Shown: piece after piece, positions 27,501 to 38,322 of the stretch
How positions within the stretch are numbered: position 1 is the stretch's first letter
How the letters are laid out: the number at the start of each line of letters is the position of its first letter
Source: Eledone cirrhosa
Taxonomy: Eukaryota
Length of the DNA stretch: 64,000 nucleotides
Assembly: GCA_964016885.1 (NCBI GenBank)
Contig: CAXHJY010000179.1
Coordinates: forward strand, 1-64,000
Reading direction: 5' to 3'
Notes under the pieces: generated by a model
The model's database searches: none
Told to the model about the DNA's origin: nothing
Seen by the model: the letters and a program-made list of their open reading frames with translations, nothing else
Made by a program: the position numbers and the translations under genes

Positions 27501-28404
27501 CTGAAGGAGGGGACAGTAGGCCAGGGGATGTCCAAGGAGGAAATAACATCAAGGAGGAAGAGCAGCCTTAAGGGAAAATCCCTTCATAGTACCTTCTTTG
27601 AGAAAACTGAATTTAGAGATCCACAGACATGGAACTGGTTGAGAAGAGGAGACCTCAAAAAGGCTACAGAAGGAATGCTAATGGCTGCGCAGGAGCAGGC
27701 CCTCAAAACGAAGTGGTTGAAGCACCATATCTACAAGGAGGAGGCTAGCCCACTGTGCAGGATCTGTGGAGAGAGAGAGGAGACTGTGGCTCACATTGTG
27801 TCCGAGTGTAAACACCTAGCCCAGACCCACTATAAGGGCTGGAGACACGATGTGATGGGCAGGGTGATCCACTGGCACCTGTGCAAAGTAAACAATTTAC
27901 CACATTCTGAGAAATGGTATGAGCATAGGCCAGAGGCGGTGATGGAGAACAATCAGGTGAAGGTGCTGTGGGATTTTAGGATACAGACGGACAAAAAACT
28001 GGAACACAATAGACCTGACCTGGTGGTTGTGGACAAAGAAAAAAGATTGTGCCTGATTGTGGATGTGGCCTGCCCGTTCGACACGAGAGTGCAAGAGAAG
28101 GAGAGGGAGAAAATTAACCGATACCAGGACCTAAAGTGGGAGGTGAAAAGGATTTGGAACTGCCATGAAGTCAAAGTGATCCCGATTGTCATAGGCGCAC
28201 TGGGGACTATCTCCAAAAGTTTCCAGGGATGGTTAAAGAAAATCGGCCCCTTCACGCTTTTTGGAACGCTTCAAAAGGCATGCTTGCTTGGAACAGCAAG
28301 AACCCTCCGATACGTCCTGAATATCTGAGGCTGCAGGTAGTGGCTTGATATTCATTTCAACAAACTTTCTAGTTAACTAACATCAATGACTGAGACTCAA
28401 AGAG
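24510..28404 (+). mobile_element. R4/Dong-like RLE non-LTR retrotransposon between (TAA)n tracts
   Basis: Single intact ORF; (aat)n at 24472-24508 and taataacaacaataataat at 28405-28423; 5' boundary uncertain. Confidence 0.85.
24936..28328 (+). CDS. 1130-aa RT + CCHC knuckle + restriction-like endonuclease
   Basis: KSPGPDG, YRPITCL, WIDYRKAFDMVPH, GIFQGDSLSPLLF, LFMDDLKLF, YKYLG; CRIC..ETVAHIVSEC; RHD; RPDLVV..IVDVACP..EKINRYQDL; R4-type N-terminus WTKELN..GYRRRM. Confidence 0.96.
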   Translation: METRTSCDRLSPNRCPLAQQQEPDCQPNTADVGGRRRRKGARTNWTKELNRTVMQCYLKSNPKKRGYRRRMHNIWNEIGLFKLDEQKLAGQARVIRTNGWISELELEELSRENGLEMAGVVCQTSEPVGNEGEEVLRTEEPPEADNDLNTEINNTWNRDTATEEMNADGLGQDSVDILNLVVDELNNDSGRPMNLRFVDRKKLKETTAKVNKVIPYLEARSLHQCNNILKATANTVRKLLGIKARGNNRQERAEPWWKKRLSGQIGEMRNDIGKLESLLNGTLKNIDTKNRLEIKYKTRSKKLNIIIEELKQRIVAKSAKIRRYENRVSQYKQNRMFDNNQKMLFGQLEGKERGNDLIPGAEQTKTFWRGIWEQDVRHNAQAGWIETVQREIGEQAQQQTDLSITVETLKGQAKKLTNWKSPGPDGVQGYWIKHLTSLHPKLTAMFNDCLVSGEVPEWLTKGTTVLIMKDRIKGNDVTNYRPITCLSVMWKLLTSIVSEEIYHHLHTNNLLPDEQKGCRKKSRGTKDQLLIDKMVMGNCRRRHTDLAMGWIDYRKAFDMVPHSWITKSLEIFRVADNIRQLLGRSMGSWETELTSTGVSLGSVKIKRGIFQGDSLSPLLFVLALMPLTIMLRKVRAGYKLGRGELTINHLLFMDDLKLFGKSEKELDVLVDTVRIFSSDICMQFGIGKCGVIVMKRGRLSRSNGIQIPTGEMIKEIDSEEGYKYLGVLEADGIKNKKMKELLRTEYIRRVRSVLKSHLNSRNAISAVNSRAVSIIRYSAGILRWNVAEQKEMDRKTRKLLTIYNMFHKRSDVDRLYLRRSEGGRGLISIEDCVQMEKNNLYKYVTYSKEPMLRTVLKEGTVGQGMSKEEITSRRKSSLKGKSLHSTFFEKTEFRDPQTWNWLRRGDLKKATEGMLMAAQEQALKTKWLKHHIYKEEASPLCRICGEREETVAHIVSECKHLAQTHYKGWRHDVMGRVIHWHLCKVNNLPHSEKWYEHRPEAVMENNQVKVLWDFRIQTDKKLEHNRPDLVVVDKEKRLCLIVDVACPFDTRVQEKEREKINRYQDLKWEVKRIWNCHEVKVIPIVIGALGTISKSFQGWLKKIGPFTLFGTLQKACLLGTARTLRYVLNI

Positions 28405-28424
28405 TAATAACAACAATAATAATG

Positions 28425-29257
28425 TTTTCTTTATTAACCACGAGGCTTGACATTAAGTATAACATTAAGGACAGCACAGGATGTGTAAAGTATAAAAACA
28501 CAGAAAATGACAAAAAAGAAACAAAGGAAAATTCCCCAATAGGGGGGAGACTTCCGAGGGACATTCGTGGAGAAAGCCCATTAAAAAAAGCCACGGTGAC
28601 CCTGACCACCAGGGCAAGTGCCCTCTCCCAGTTTTCCACTTTCAATTTACAGGCGCATACTCAGAGCAGGCCCATTCACTCGGGCCATGCTTGCCTCTCT
28701 CACCCATCTTTCAACAAAATGCTGGGAAGAGAACATTTCCCTCTCTACCCTGATTTTCCTTTTCAAATGAAATTTGAAAAGGTTAATCAGGGCATTACTG
28801 AAGAGATAAGTGCTCGTCTTCAACCCTTTCAAACGCGTCCACCACACGATCTCTTTCGCCATGCCACCAGACAGATAAAAACTGCCTGCCCTTCCAAGCT
28901 AAAGGAAGACGGCAGAGCAATCAGCTGCTGCTGCTTCTGTTGTTGTTACTTCTGCCTTGCGATTGGACAAAATCAGCTGTTCCACTTTCTGAACAACCCC
29001 CTGTTCTTCCCTGTGGACATTTTTTTACGTCCGCCATGTTTTTTTCAAACAAAAAATTGAGTGGTGTGATTGTAAATAAACACAAATTCAGCTCTTAAGG
29101 GCACAAGATACAGTTAAAAAAACCACCTCACTTGAAAGAGAGGTTCCTTAGCTACACAACAATGTACAATATTCTGTATAAAATCTCAATGAACACATAA
29201 AAAAAATCAACTCACTTACTCCGTCGTAGCTACTCATGTCTCGAGAAATTCAGCACA
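28425..29257 (-). mobile_element. Internally deleted L1/Tx1-like element in (TAA)n
   Basis: MAKEIVWWTRLKGLKT..FVERW (ORF2 C-terminus), AATAAA at its 3' end; homologous to 58910-59400. Confidence 0.7.
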
Positions 29258-29283
29258 ATAATAATAATAATAATAATAATAAC

Positions 29284-30000
29284 CACTGTCTTTAACACTC
29301 AACAAAACAAAATATGGCTACAAAATAGACAGTAAAACAATAAAACACCTGTGTTATATGGATGACTTGAAGCTGTATGCCAAAAATGACAACAAACTGG
29401 AAGGACTGCTGAAGACAGTCAAGGTGTTCATCAATGATCTGGGGATGGAGTTTGGACTGGAAAAATGTGCCAAAGCAACATTCAAGAAAGGCAGAAGCAC
29501 AAGCACAAACTCAATGGAAATAGATGGGAACAAGAACAAGCTTACAGATATCTAGGGATCAATGAAGGCCAAGGTATTTACCACGCCAGCATGAAAGAGA
29601 GAATCAGGAAGGAATGCTACCAGAGACTACATGTTGTCATGAAAACAGAGCTTAGCTCAAGAAATAAATTTTCTGCCATAAATGCGCTTGCAATCCCTGT
29701 TGTCACCTACAGTTTCAATATTATAAACTGGAACGTTAACGAAATCAGGGAACTTTTGACCTGTAATAGAATACATCACCCAAAAGCAGATGTGATTCAC
29801 ATCTATCTCCCTAGACAAAATGGAGGTAGAGGAATGATCCAGCTTGAGCTTTTATACAGGATATCAACCATTGAACTCAATAAGTACTTTAAAACCACAG
29901 ATGACTGGATGATGAAAATGGTCGCAGTTCACAAAAGGAGGAAGACGTTACATTCAGTCACAAAGTTAAGTAGGAAGAACTGGGAATACAGTTTGAAAAT
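29284..30000 (+). mobile_element. Second, decayed R4/Dong-like RT fragment
   Basis: HLCYMDDLKLYAKN..MEFGLEKCA..YRYLG..HHPKADV..GGRGM; starts right after (TAA)n. Confidence 0.85.
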
Positions 30001-30334
30001 GCATAGTATTATGCTTTTTAATTTTCAGCAAAGCCAGCCATAAAATCACTCAGTATGCAAATGAGGCTAATCAGCCAATGTATACATTTGAAAATACTTT
30101 GTATTCTCAGTAGTTCCAGCTGGTAGCCGTGAGCAGAATACACAATCTTGATAAGGAGTAAAACACTCCAAAATAATTGTTGATTGTTTTCTTTCAGCTA
30201 CCACTGGAACAAAAGGATGATATTAGTCATCTACCACGTGGTGTTTTATGAGGCTGTTTACTTGCAAACAAATTGAATATTCAAAATATTATGATATTAC
30301 TATAATATTATTATTATTCACTCATGAATACGTA

Positions 30335-30600
30335 TATAGATATAGATATATGGATATATAGGGGTATGTAGATATAGGAGGTGGTATGTAGACACAGGAA
30401 GAGGTATGTAGATATAGGGTGTGTTGATATAGAGGTATGTAGATATAAGGGCATGGAGATATAGATGTATAGATATAGAGAAATGTAGATATAGGCGTAT
30501 GTAGATATAGGCGTATGTAGATATTGGGGTATGTAGGTATAGAGGTATGGAGATATAATGGTATGAAGATGTAGGACTATGGAGATATAAGAGTACAAAT
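30335..30600. repeat. Degenerate GTATGTAGATATAGG-type tandem repeat
   Basis: Visible ~14-16 bp periodicity. Confidence 0.75.
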
Positions 30601-30860
30601 GTAAGGGTACTTTTTTTAATACTAAAATTAAAAATATGAGGTTGAAATAGTTTTTGTTCTGGATTCTTATAGATAAATTGAAATAATCATAAAACCTGTT
30701 AAATGTTTTTTTATAAAAACAATGCCTCCTTAAAAGTCTTTTGTAGGGGTATTTAATATATTTTATGCAAAGAGCAGAAGATTTAAAGAAAAGATGGTTT
30801 AGAAATAATGATTTATAATCTGGACACACGGAATTTGTGGGGAGGAGAAAATCAATTATA

Positions 30861-31385
30861 AGAGGGCTTCAAAAGGTTTGTGGAAAAAGTACATAGTTAA
30901 AAATCATATGCAGGGATTTTGATCTCAATGCACCTGTATGTTCTTGTATTAACGTGTCATAACATGTTCTAATGTGAACCTGTAAATGCATGTTGCAACA
31001 CAGCACCGCCAGTCGGAAGTCAGCACCCGCTCGAGCAGCATGGCCTCCATCAAAACATCAAATTCATGGTGAAGCTAGAGTGGCAGAGCAGCCAAATCGT
31101 TGATGCTCTGGAGCAAATTTATGGGGACAATGCCCCCAAAAAATTAACCTATAAATGGATGTCATTTCAGAAGTGGAAGAGATGAGGCTGAAGATGTAAA
31201 AGAAGCTGCTTTGATGTGGTTTAAATTGCATGGCCGTCAGTTTTACACAGATGGACTTAAAGCCTAGTATCAACACTTGCCGAAGTGTATTGACCTAGAT
31301 GGAATATATGTTGAAAAATAAACATCATAACTTAAGCCGTTTTTTCCAACTGTCCTTTTTCTACGAACTTTTTAAAGCCCCCTCA
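30861..31385 (+). mobile_element. Internally deleted mariner element
   Basis: Imperfect TIRs gagggcttcaaaaggtttgtggaaaaag / ctttttctacgaactttttaaagccccctc, TA flanks, transposase C-terminus KCIDLDGIYVEK*. Confidence 0.75.
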
Positions 31386-32179
31386 TATATCAATCTCAGT
31401 AGTTTACTGGTATTTTATTTTATCAACCTCAAAAGAATGAAAAGCAAAGTTAATCTCAGCAGGAATTGAACTCAGAACATAAAGAGCCAGAGCAAATGCA
31501 GTGAAGAATTTGTCCAATGCTCTAAAGATTCTGCCAATGTAAGGGAAAAAGTATAGCTCACCTACTTCACAGATCCTCACCTAATCCCTGACCAGAAGCT
31601 ATTGACATACAGCTGAGCTCACACAACAATCACCACCCCTCCTTTCAATGTGACATCAAAGGGGAAGAGAGCTACCACACTGGTCTTCTTCCACTTACAT
31701 GATTTCATTAACCCCTATACTTCCAGCAACACCCCCATCATCCCAATGAAACCCATAGCTTAGAAATAATTGTTTCTACTTTTGGCACAAGGCCAGCAAT
31801 TACCCAGTACATTACTGGTACTTTATTTTATCGACCCCGTAAGGATGAAAGGCAAAGTTGACCTCGGCGGGATTTGAACTCAGAATGGAAAGGGCCATAA
31901 TTCTATGCGTCAAAGCATGACGTCCGACCCTCTACCGATACTGCAAATCCAATGATTTCTGATTTAGGTACAAGGCCAACAATTTTTGGGGGGAGTGGAA
32001 AGTCGATTAAATCGACTCCAGTGTGTTACTGGTGCTTTATCTATCAACCCCTTAATTTGAATTCAGAACGTAAAGGGTCATAACTCTGTGTCACAAAGCA
32101 TGTTGTCCAATTCTCAACTGATACTGCTAATTCACTGCCCTATGGGTTAGAAATAATAAAAAATTGTATTATCACTTAC

Positions 32180-32209
32180 TGTCATTAGGATTATTTTGGA
32201 TAGAGAAAT
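32180..32209 (-). CDS. CUB-LDLa-TM gene 30-nt micro-exon (inter-CUB linker)
   Basis: ttttatgtttcAG / GTAAGT, phase 1-1; DFSIQNNPND. Confidence 0.65.
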
Positions 32210-33360
32210 CTGAAACATAAAAGTAACAATAAAATGATATAGATATCTCTTAATTAAAATTTCAGATAATAAGTTAAAGAATTAGATATTGAGTTTGATA
32301 ATCTCTTTTTTCACCCTGTGAAAATAGCTCATTTTGCCTCATTTGAAGAAATCAAATTATGATACTATCTCAAGCAAATAGTGTTACATGGCTATTTCAG
32401 CACCTGTCTCACTGTCATAATGATAGTGTCCAACACACACACACCCTTCACAGTTGTGTGGCTATTTCAGCACCTGTGTCACTATCATTAACTATGATCC
32501 AACACACACACCCTACACAGTTGTGTGGCTATTTCATCACCTGTCTCACTATAATTAGCAGCAGTCCAACACACTTTCACTGAACAGGTCTTGCTGATGA
32601 GGAAACTTGATCCCATCACTGAAAGCTAATGAAACATTGATATATTATACAGTAGAACTCTTATTTATCCCAGTAAACTCTACTTGATCACTTAATAGGT
32701 CATTGAGGGAGCCTCTAAATGGTTGCTCTATTTTGCTAGAAACAACTGTGACACATCACTACCAAGGACAAGACACATTAGATAATGTAGTTCAAGATTT
32801 TTAAAATGATAGAGATACAATTCTAAAGTCTAAAGTCTGTCTTAAGCCTGGAGGCTCATCAGACCAGTGATTATTCCAGTTTCCTTGGCATTAAGACTGA
32901 GAATACAAGATTTCTCCCTGGACAGAAAGTCAGTCCATCACAGAGCTAAAACCCCAGCCACTGGATCAATGTGAAATGAAGTGTTTTGCTCAAGAGCACA
33001 ACACATAACCTAGTCCAGCAATTGAACGCAAGACATTATGATTATAAGTCCAAAAGAAAGAAGGACAGACAGACGGACAGACAGACAGACAGACAAGAGG
33101 ATGGGCATAGCTGAAATTTATTTAAACATAGGTCTGCTTAACCAGGACTGACTTGGGAATGAATAACATTATTGTAACTAGCTATTGGTAGTTGAACTGG
33201 ACACAAGAGTGGAGCAGATATTCCACCTGTAGTTTATTTACTGTTAAATAAATTAATTATTGAATGTACCCCCTCCCCCAACCATCTATGTATTTACTGC
33301 TCAGTAAACTAAGAAGGCATTTAAACTTTAGTGTCTTTTCTACAAGCTATGTAAACAAAA

Positions 33361-33815
33361 GAGAGGGAGAGAATTGAAGATAGGTGTGTAGAGAGAGGAG
33401 AGAGAGAGAGTTGAAGATAGGTGTGTAGAGAGAGAGAGAGAGAGTTGAAGATAGGTGTGTAGAGAGAGGAGAGAGAGAGAGTTGAAGATAGGTGTGTGTA
33501 GAGAGAGAGAGAGTTGAAGATAGGTGTGTAGAGAGAGGAGAGAGAGAGAGTTGAAGATAGGTGTGTAGAGAGAGAGGAGAGAGAGAGAGTTGAAGATAGG
33601 TGTGTAGAGAGAGGAGAGAAGAGAGAGAGTTGAAGATAGGTGTGTAGAGAGAGAGGAGAGAGGGAGTTGAAGATAGGTGTGTGTGTGTAGAGAGAGAGGA
33701 GAGAGAGAGAGTTGAAGATAGGTGTGTAGAGAGAGGAGAGAGAGAGAGTTGAAGATAGGTGTGTAGAGAGAGGAGAGAGAGAGAGAGAGAGTTGAAGAGA
33801 GGTGTGTAGAGAGAG

Positions 33816-33846
<31 letters not shown>

Positions 33847-36800
33847 TGAAGATAGGTGTGTAGAGAGAGAAGAGAGAGAGAGAGAGTTGAAGATAGGTGT
33901 GTAGAGAGAGAGAGGAGAGAGAGAGTTGAAGATAGGTGTGTAGAGAGAGGAGAGAGAGAGAGAGAGTTGAAGATAGGTGTGTAGAGAGAGGAGAGAGAGA
34001 GAGAGTTGAAGATAGGTGTGTAGAGAGAGGAGAGAGAGAGAGAGAGAGTTGAAGATAGGTGTGTAGAGAGAGGAGAGAGAGAGTTGAAGATAGGTGTGTA
34101 GAGAGAGGAGAGAGAGAGAGTTGAAGATAAGTGTGTAGAGAGAGGAGAGAGAGAGAGAGAGTTGAAGATAGGTGTGTAGAGAGAGGAGAGAGAGAGAGTT
34201 GAAGATAAGTGTGTAGAGAGAGGAGAGAGAGAGAGTTGAAGATAGGTGTGTGTAGAGAGAGAGAAAGAGAGAGAGTTGAAGATAGGTGTGTAGAGAGAGG
34301 AGAGAGAGAGAGAGAGTTGAAGATAGGTGTGTAGAGAGAGGGAGAGAGAGAGAGTTGAAGATAGGTGTGTAGAGAGAGGGAGAGAGAGGGAGTTGAAGAT
34401 AGGTGTGTGGAGAGAGAGAGAGGAGAGAGAGAGTTGAAGATAGGTGGGTAGAGAGAGGAGAGAGAGGAGAGAGTTGAAGATAGGTGTGTGGAGAGAGAGA
34501 GAGGAGAGAGAAAGTTGAAGATAGGTGGGTAGAGAGAGGAGAGAGAGAGAGAGTTGAAGATAGGTGTGTAGAGAGAGGAGAGAGAGAGAGAGTTGAAGAT
34601 AGGTGTGTAGAGAGAGGAGAGAGAGAGAGAGTTGAAGATAGGTGTGTAGAGAGAAGAGAGAGAGAGAGAGTTGAAGATAGGTGTGTAGAGAGAGGAGAGA
34701 GAGAGAGAGTTGAAGATAGGTGTGTAGAGAGAAGAGAGAGAGAGAGAGTTGAAGATAGGTGTGTAGAGAGAGAAGAGACAGAGAGAGAGTTGAAGATAGG
34801 TGTGTAGAGAGAGAGGAGAGAGAGAGAGAGTTGAAGATAGGTGTGTAGAGAGAGAGGAGAGAGAGAGAGAGTTGAAGATAGGTGTGTAGAGAGAGAGGAG
34901 AGAGAGAGAGAGAGTTGAAGATAGGTGTGTAGAGAGAGAAGAGACAGAGAGAGAGTTGAAGATAGGTGTGTAGAGAGAGAGGAGAGAGAGAGAGAGTTGA
35001 AGATAGGTGTGTAGAGAGAGAGAGGAGAGAGAGTTGAAGATAGGTGTGTAGAGAGAGAGAGGAGAGAGAGTTGAAGATAGGTGTGTGTGTAGAGAGAGGA
35101 GAGAGAGAGAGAGAGTTGAAGATAGGTGTGTGTGTAGAGAGAGGAGAGAGAGAGAGAGAGAGTTGAAGATAGGTGTGTGTAGAGAGAGAGAGAGAGAGAG
35201 TTGAAGATAGGTGTGTAGAGAGAGGAGAGAGAGTTGAAGATAGGTGTGTGGAGAGAGAGAGAGAGTTGAAGATAGGTGTGTAGAGAGAGGAGAGAGAGAG
35301 AGAGTTGAAGATAGGTGTGTAGAGAGAGGAGAGAGAGAGAGAGAGTTGAAGATAGGTGTGTAGAGAGAGGAGAGAGAGAGAGTTGAAGATAGGTGTGTGT
35401 AGAGAGAGAGAGAGAGAGAGAGTTGAAGATAGGTGTGTAGAGAGAGGAGAGAGAGTTGAAGATAGGTGTGTGGAGAGAGAGAGAGAGAGAGAGAGAGAAT
35501 TGAAGATAGGTGTGTAGAGAGAGGAGAGAGAGAGAGAGTTGAAGATAGGTGTGTAGAGAGAGGAGAGAGAGAGAGAGTTGAAGATAGGTGTGTAGAGAGA
35601 GGAGAGAGAGAGAGAGTTGAAGATAGGTGTGGAGAGAGAGAGAGAGTTGAAGATAGGTGTGTAGAGAGAGGAGAGAGAGAGAGAGTTGAAGATAGGTGTG
35701 TAGAGAGAGAAGAGAGAGAGTTGAAGATAGGTGTGTAGAGAGAGGAGAGAGAGTTGAAGATAGGTATGTAGAGAGAGGAGAGAGAGAGAGAGTTGAAGAT
35801 AGGTGTGTAGAGAGAAGAGAGAGAGAGAGAGTTGAAGATAGGTGTGTAGAGAGAGAAGAGACAGAGAGAGAGTTGAAGATAGGTGTGTAGAGAGAGAGGA
35901 GAGAGAGAGAGAGTTGAAGATAGGTGTGTAGAGAGAGAGGAGAGAGAGAGAGAGTTGAAGATAGGTGTGTAGAGAGAGAGGAGAGAGAGAGAGAGAATTG
36001 AAGATAGGTGTGTAGAGAGAGGAGAGAGAGAGAGAGTTGAAGATAGGTGTGTAGAGAGAGGAGAGAGAGAGAGAGTTGAAGATAGGTGTGTAGAGAGAGA
36101 AGAGAGAGAGTTGAAGATAGGTGTGTAGAGAGAGGAGAGAGAGTTGAAGATAGGTGTGTAGAGAGAGGAGAGAGAGAGAGAGTTGAAGATAGGTGTGTAG
36201 AGAGAGGAGAGAGAGAGAGAGTTGAAGATAGGTGTGTAGAGAGAGAGGAGAGAGAGAGAGAGTTGAAGATAGGTGTGTGTGTAGAGAGAGGAGAGAGAGA
36301 GAGAGTTGAAGATAGGTGTGTGTAGAGAGAGAGAGAGAGAGAGTTGAAGATAGGTGTGTAGAGAGAGGAGAGAGAGTTGAAGATAGGTGTGTGGAGAGAG
36401 AGAGAGAGAGAGAGTTGAAGATAGGTGTGTAGAGAGAGAAGAGAGAGAGTTGAAGATAGGTGTGTAGAGAGAGGAGAGAGAGTTGAAGATAGGTGTGTAG
36501 AGAGAGGAGAGAGAGAGAGAGTTGAAGATAGGTGTGTAGAGAGAGGAGAGAGAGAGAGTTGAAGATAGGTGTGTAGAGAGAGGAGAGAGAGAGAGAGTTG
36601 AGATAGTGTGGAGAGAGAGAGAGAGTTGAAGATAGGTGTGTAGAGAGAGGAGAGAGAGAGAGTTGAAGATAGGTGTGTAGAGAGAGAAGAGAGAGAGTTG
36701 AAGATAGGTGTGTAGAGAGAGGAGAGAGAGTTGAAGATAGGTGTGTAGAGAGAGGAGAGAGAGAGAGAGTTGAAGATAGGTGTGTAGAGAGAAGAGAGAG

Positions 36801-38283
36801 AGAGAGAGTTGAAGATAGGTGTGTAGAGAGAGAAGAGACAGAGAGAGAGTTGAAGATAGGTGTGTAGAGAGAGAGGAGAGAGAGAGAGAGAGTTGAAGAT
36901 AGGTGTGTAGAGAGAGAGGAGAGAGAGAGAGAGAGAGTTGAAGATAGGTGTGTAGAGAGAGAAGAGACAGAGGAGAGAGAGAGAGAGAGAGTTGAAGATA
37001 GGTGTGTAGAGAGAGAAGAGAGAGAGAGAGAGTTGAAGATAGGTGTGTAGAGAGAGAGAGGAGAGAGAGTTGAAGATAGGTGTGTGTGTAGAGAGAGGAG
37101 AGAGAGAGAGAGAGTTGAAGATAGGTGTGTGTGTAGAGAGAGGAGAGAGAGAGAGAGTTGAAGATAGGTGTGTAGAGAGAGAGAGAGAGAGAGAGAGAGT
37201 TGAAGATAGGTGTGTAGAGAGAGGAGAGAGAGTTGAAGATAGGTGTGTGGAGAGAGAGAGAGAGAGAGAGTTGAAGATAGGTGTGTAGAGAGAGGAGAGA
37301 GAGAGAGTTGAAGATAGGTGTGTAGAGAGAGGAGAGAGAGAGAGAGAGAGAGTTGAAGATAGGTGTGTGTAGAGAGAGAGAGAGAGAGAGAGAGTTGAAG
37401 ATAGGTGTGTAGAGAGAGGAGAGAGAGTTGAAGATAGGTGTGTGGAGAGAGAGAGAGAGAGAGAGAGAGAATTGAAGATAGGTGTGTAGAGAGAGGAGAG
37501 AGAGAGAGAGTTGAAGATAGGTGTGTAGAGAGAGGAGAGAGAGAGAGAGTTGAAGATAGGTGTGTAGAGAGAGAAGAGAGAGAGTTGAAGATAGGTGTGT
37601 AGAGAGAGGAGAGAGAGTTGAAGATAGGTGTGTAGAGAGAGGAGAGAGAGAGAGAGTTGAAGATAGGTGTGTAGAGAGAGGAGAGAGAGAGAGAGTTGAA
37701 GATAGGTGTGTAGAGAGAGGAGAGAGAGAGAGAGTTGAAGATAGGTGTGTAGAGAGAGGAGAGAGAGAGTTGAAGATAGGTGTGTAGAGAGAGAGGAGAG
37801 AGAGAGAGAGAGTTGAAGATAGGTGTGTAGAGAGAGGAGAGAGAGAGAGAGTTGAAGATAGGTGTGTAGAGAGAGGAGAGAGAGAGTTGAAGATAGGTGT
37901 GTAGAGAGAGAGAGAGAGTTGAAGATAGGTGGGTAGAGAGAGGAGAGAGAGAGAGTTGAAGATAGGTGTGTAGAGAGAGAGGAGAGAGAGTTGAAGATAG
38001 GTGTGTAGAGAGAGGAGAGAGAGAGTTGAAGATAGGTGTGTAGAGAGAGGAGAGAGAGAGTTGAAGATAGGTGTGTAGAGAGAGAGGAGAGAGAGAGAGT
38101 TGAAGATAGGTGTGTAGAGAGAGAGGAGAGAGAGAGAGAGTTGAAGATAGGTGTGTAGAGAGAGAGGAGAGAGAGAGAGTTGAAGATAGGTGTGTAGAGA
38201 GAGAGGAGAGAGAGAGAGAGAGTTGAATATAGGTGTGTAGAGAGAGGAGAGCGAGAGAGAGAGTTGAAGATAGGTGTGTAGAG

Positions 38284-38322
<39 letters not shown>

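Noticed and set aside
28386-29060. 224-aa plus-strand ORF after the R4 element
   Set aside because: Antisense to the L1/Tx1-like fragment; not a second ORF of the R4 element
30085-30203. Minus-strand exon candidate (ttgttccAG, VAERKQSTIILECF...)
   Set aside because: No phase-compatible strong donor before a stop; not needed in the gene model
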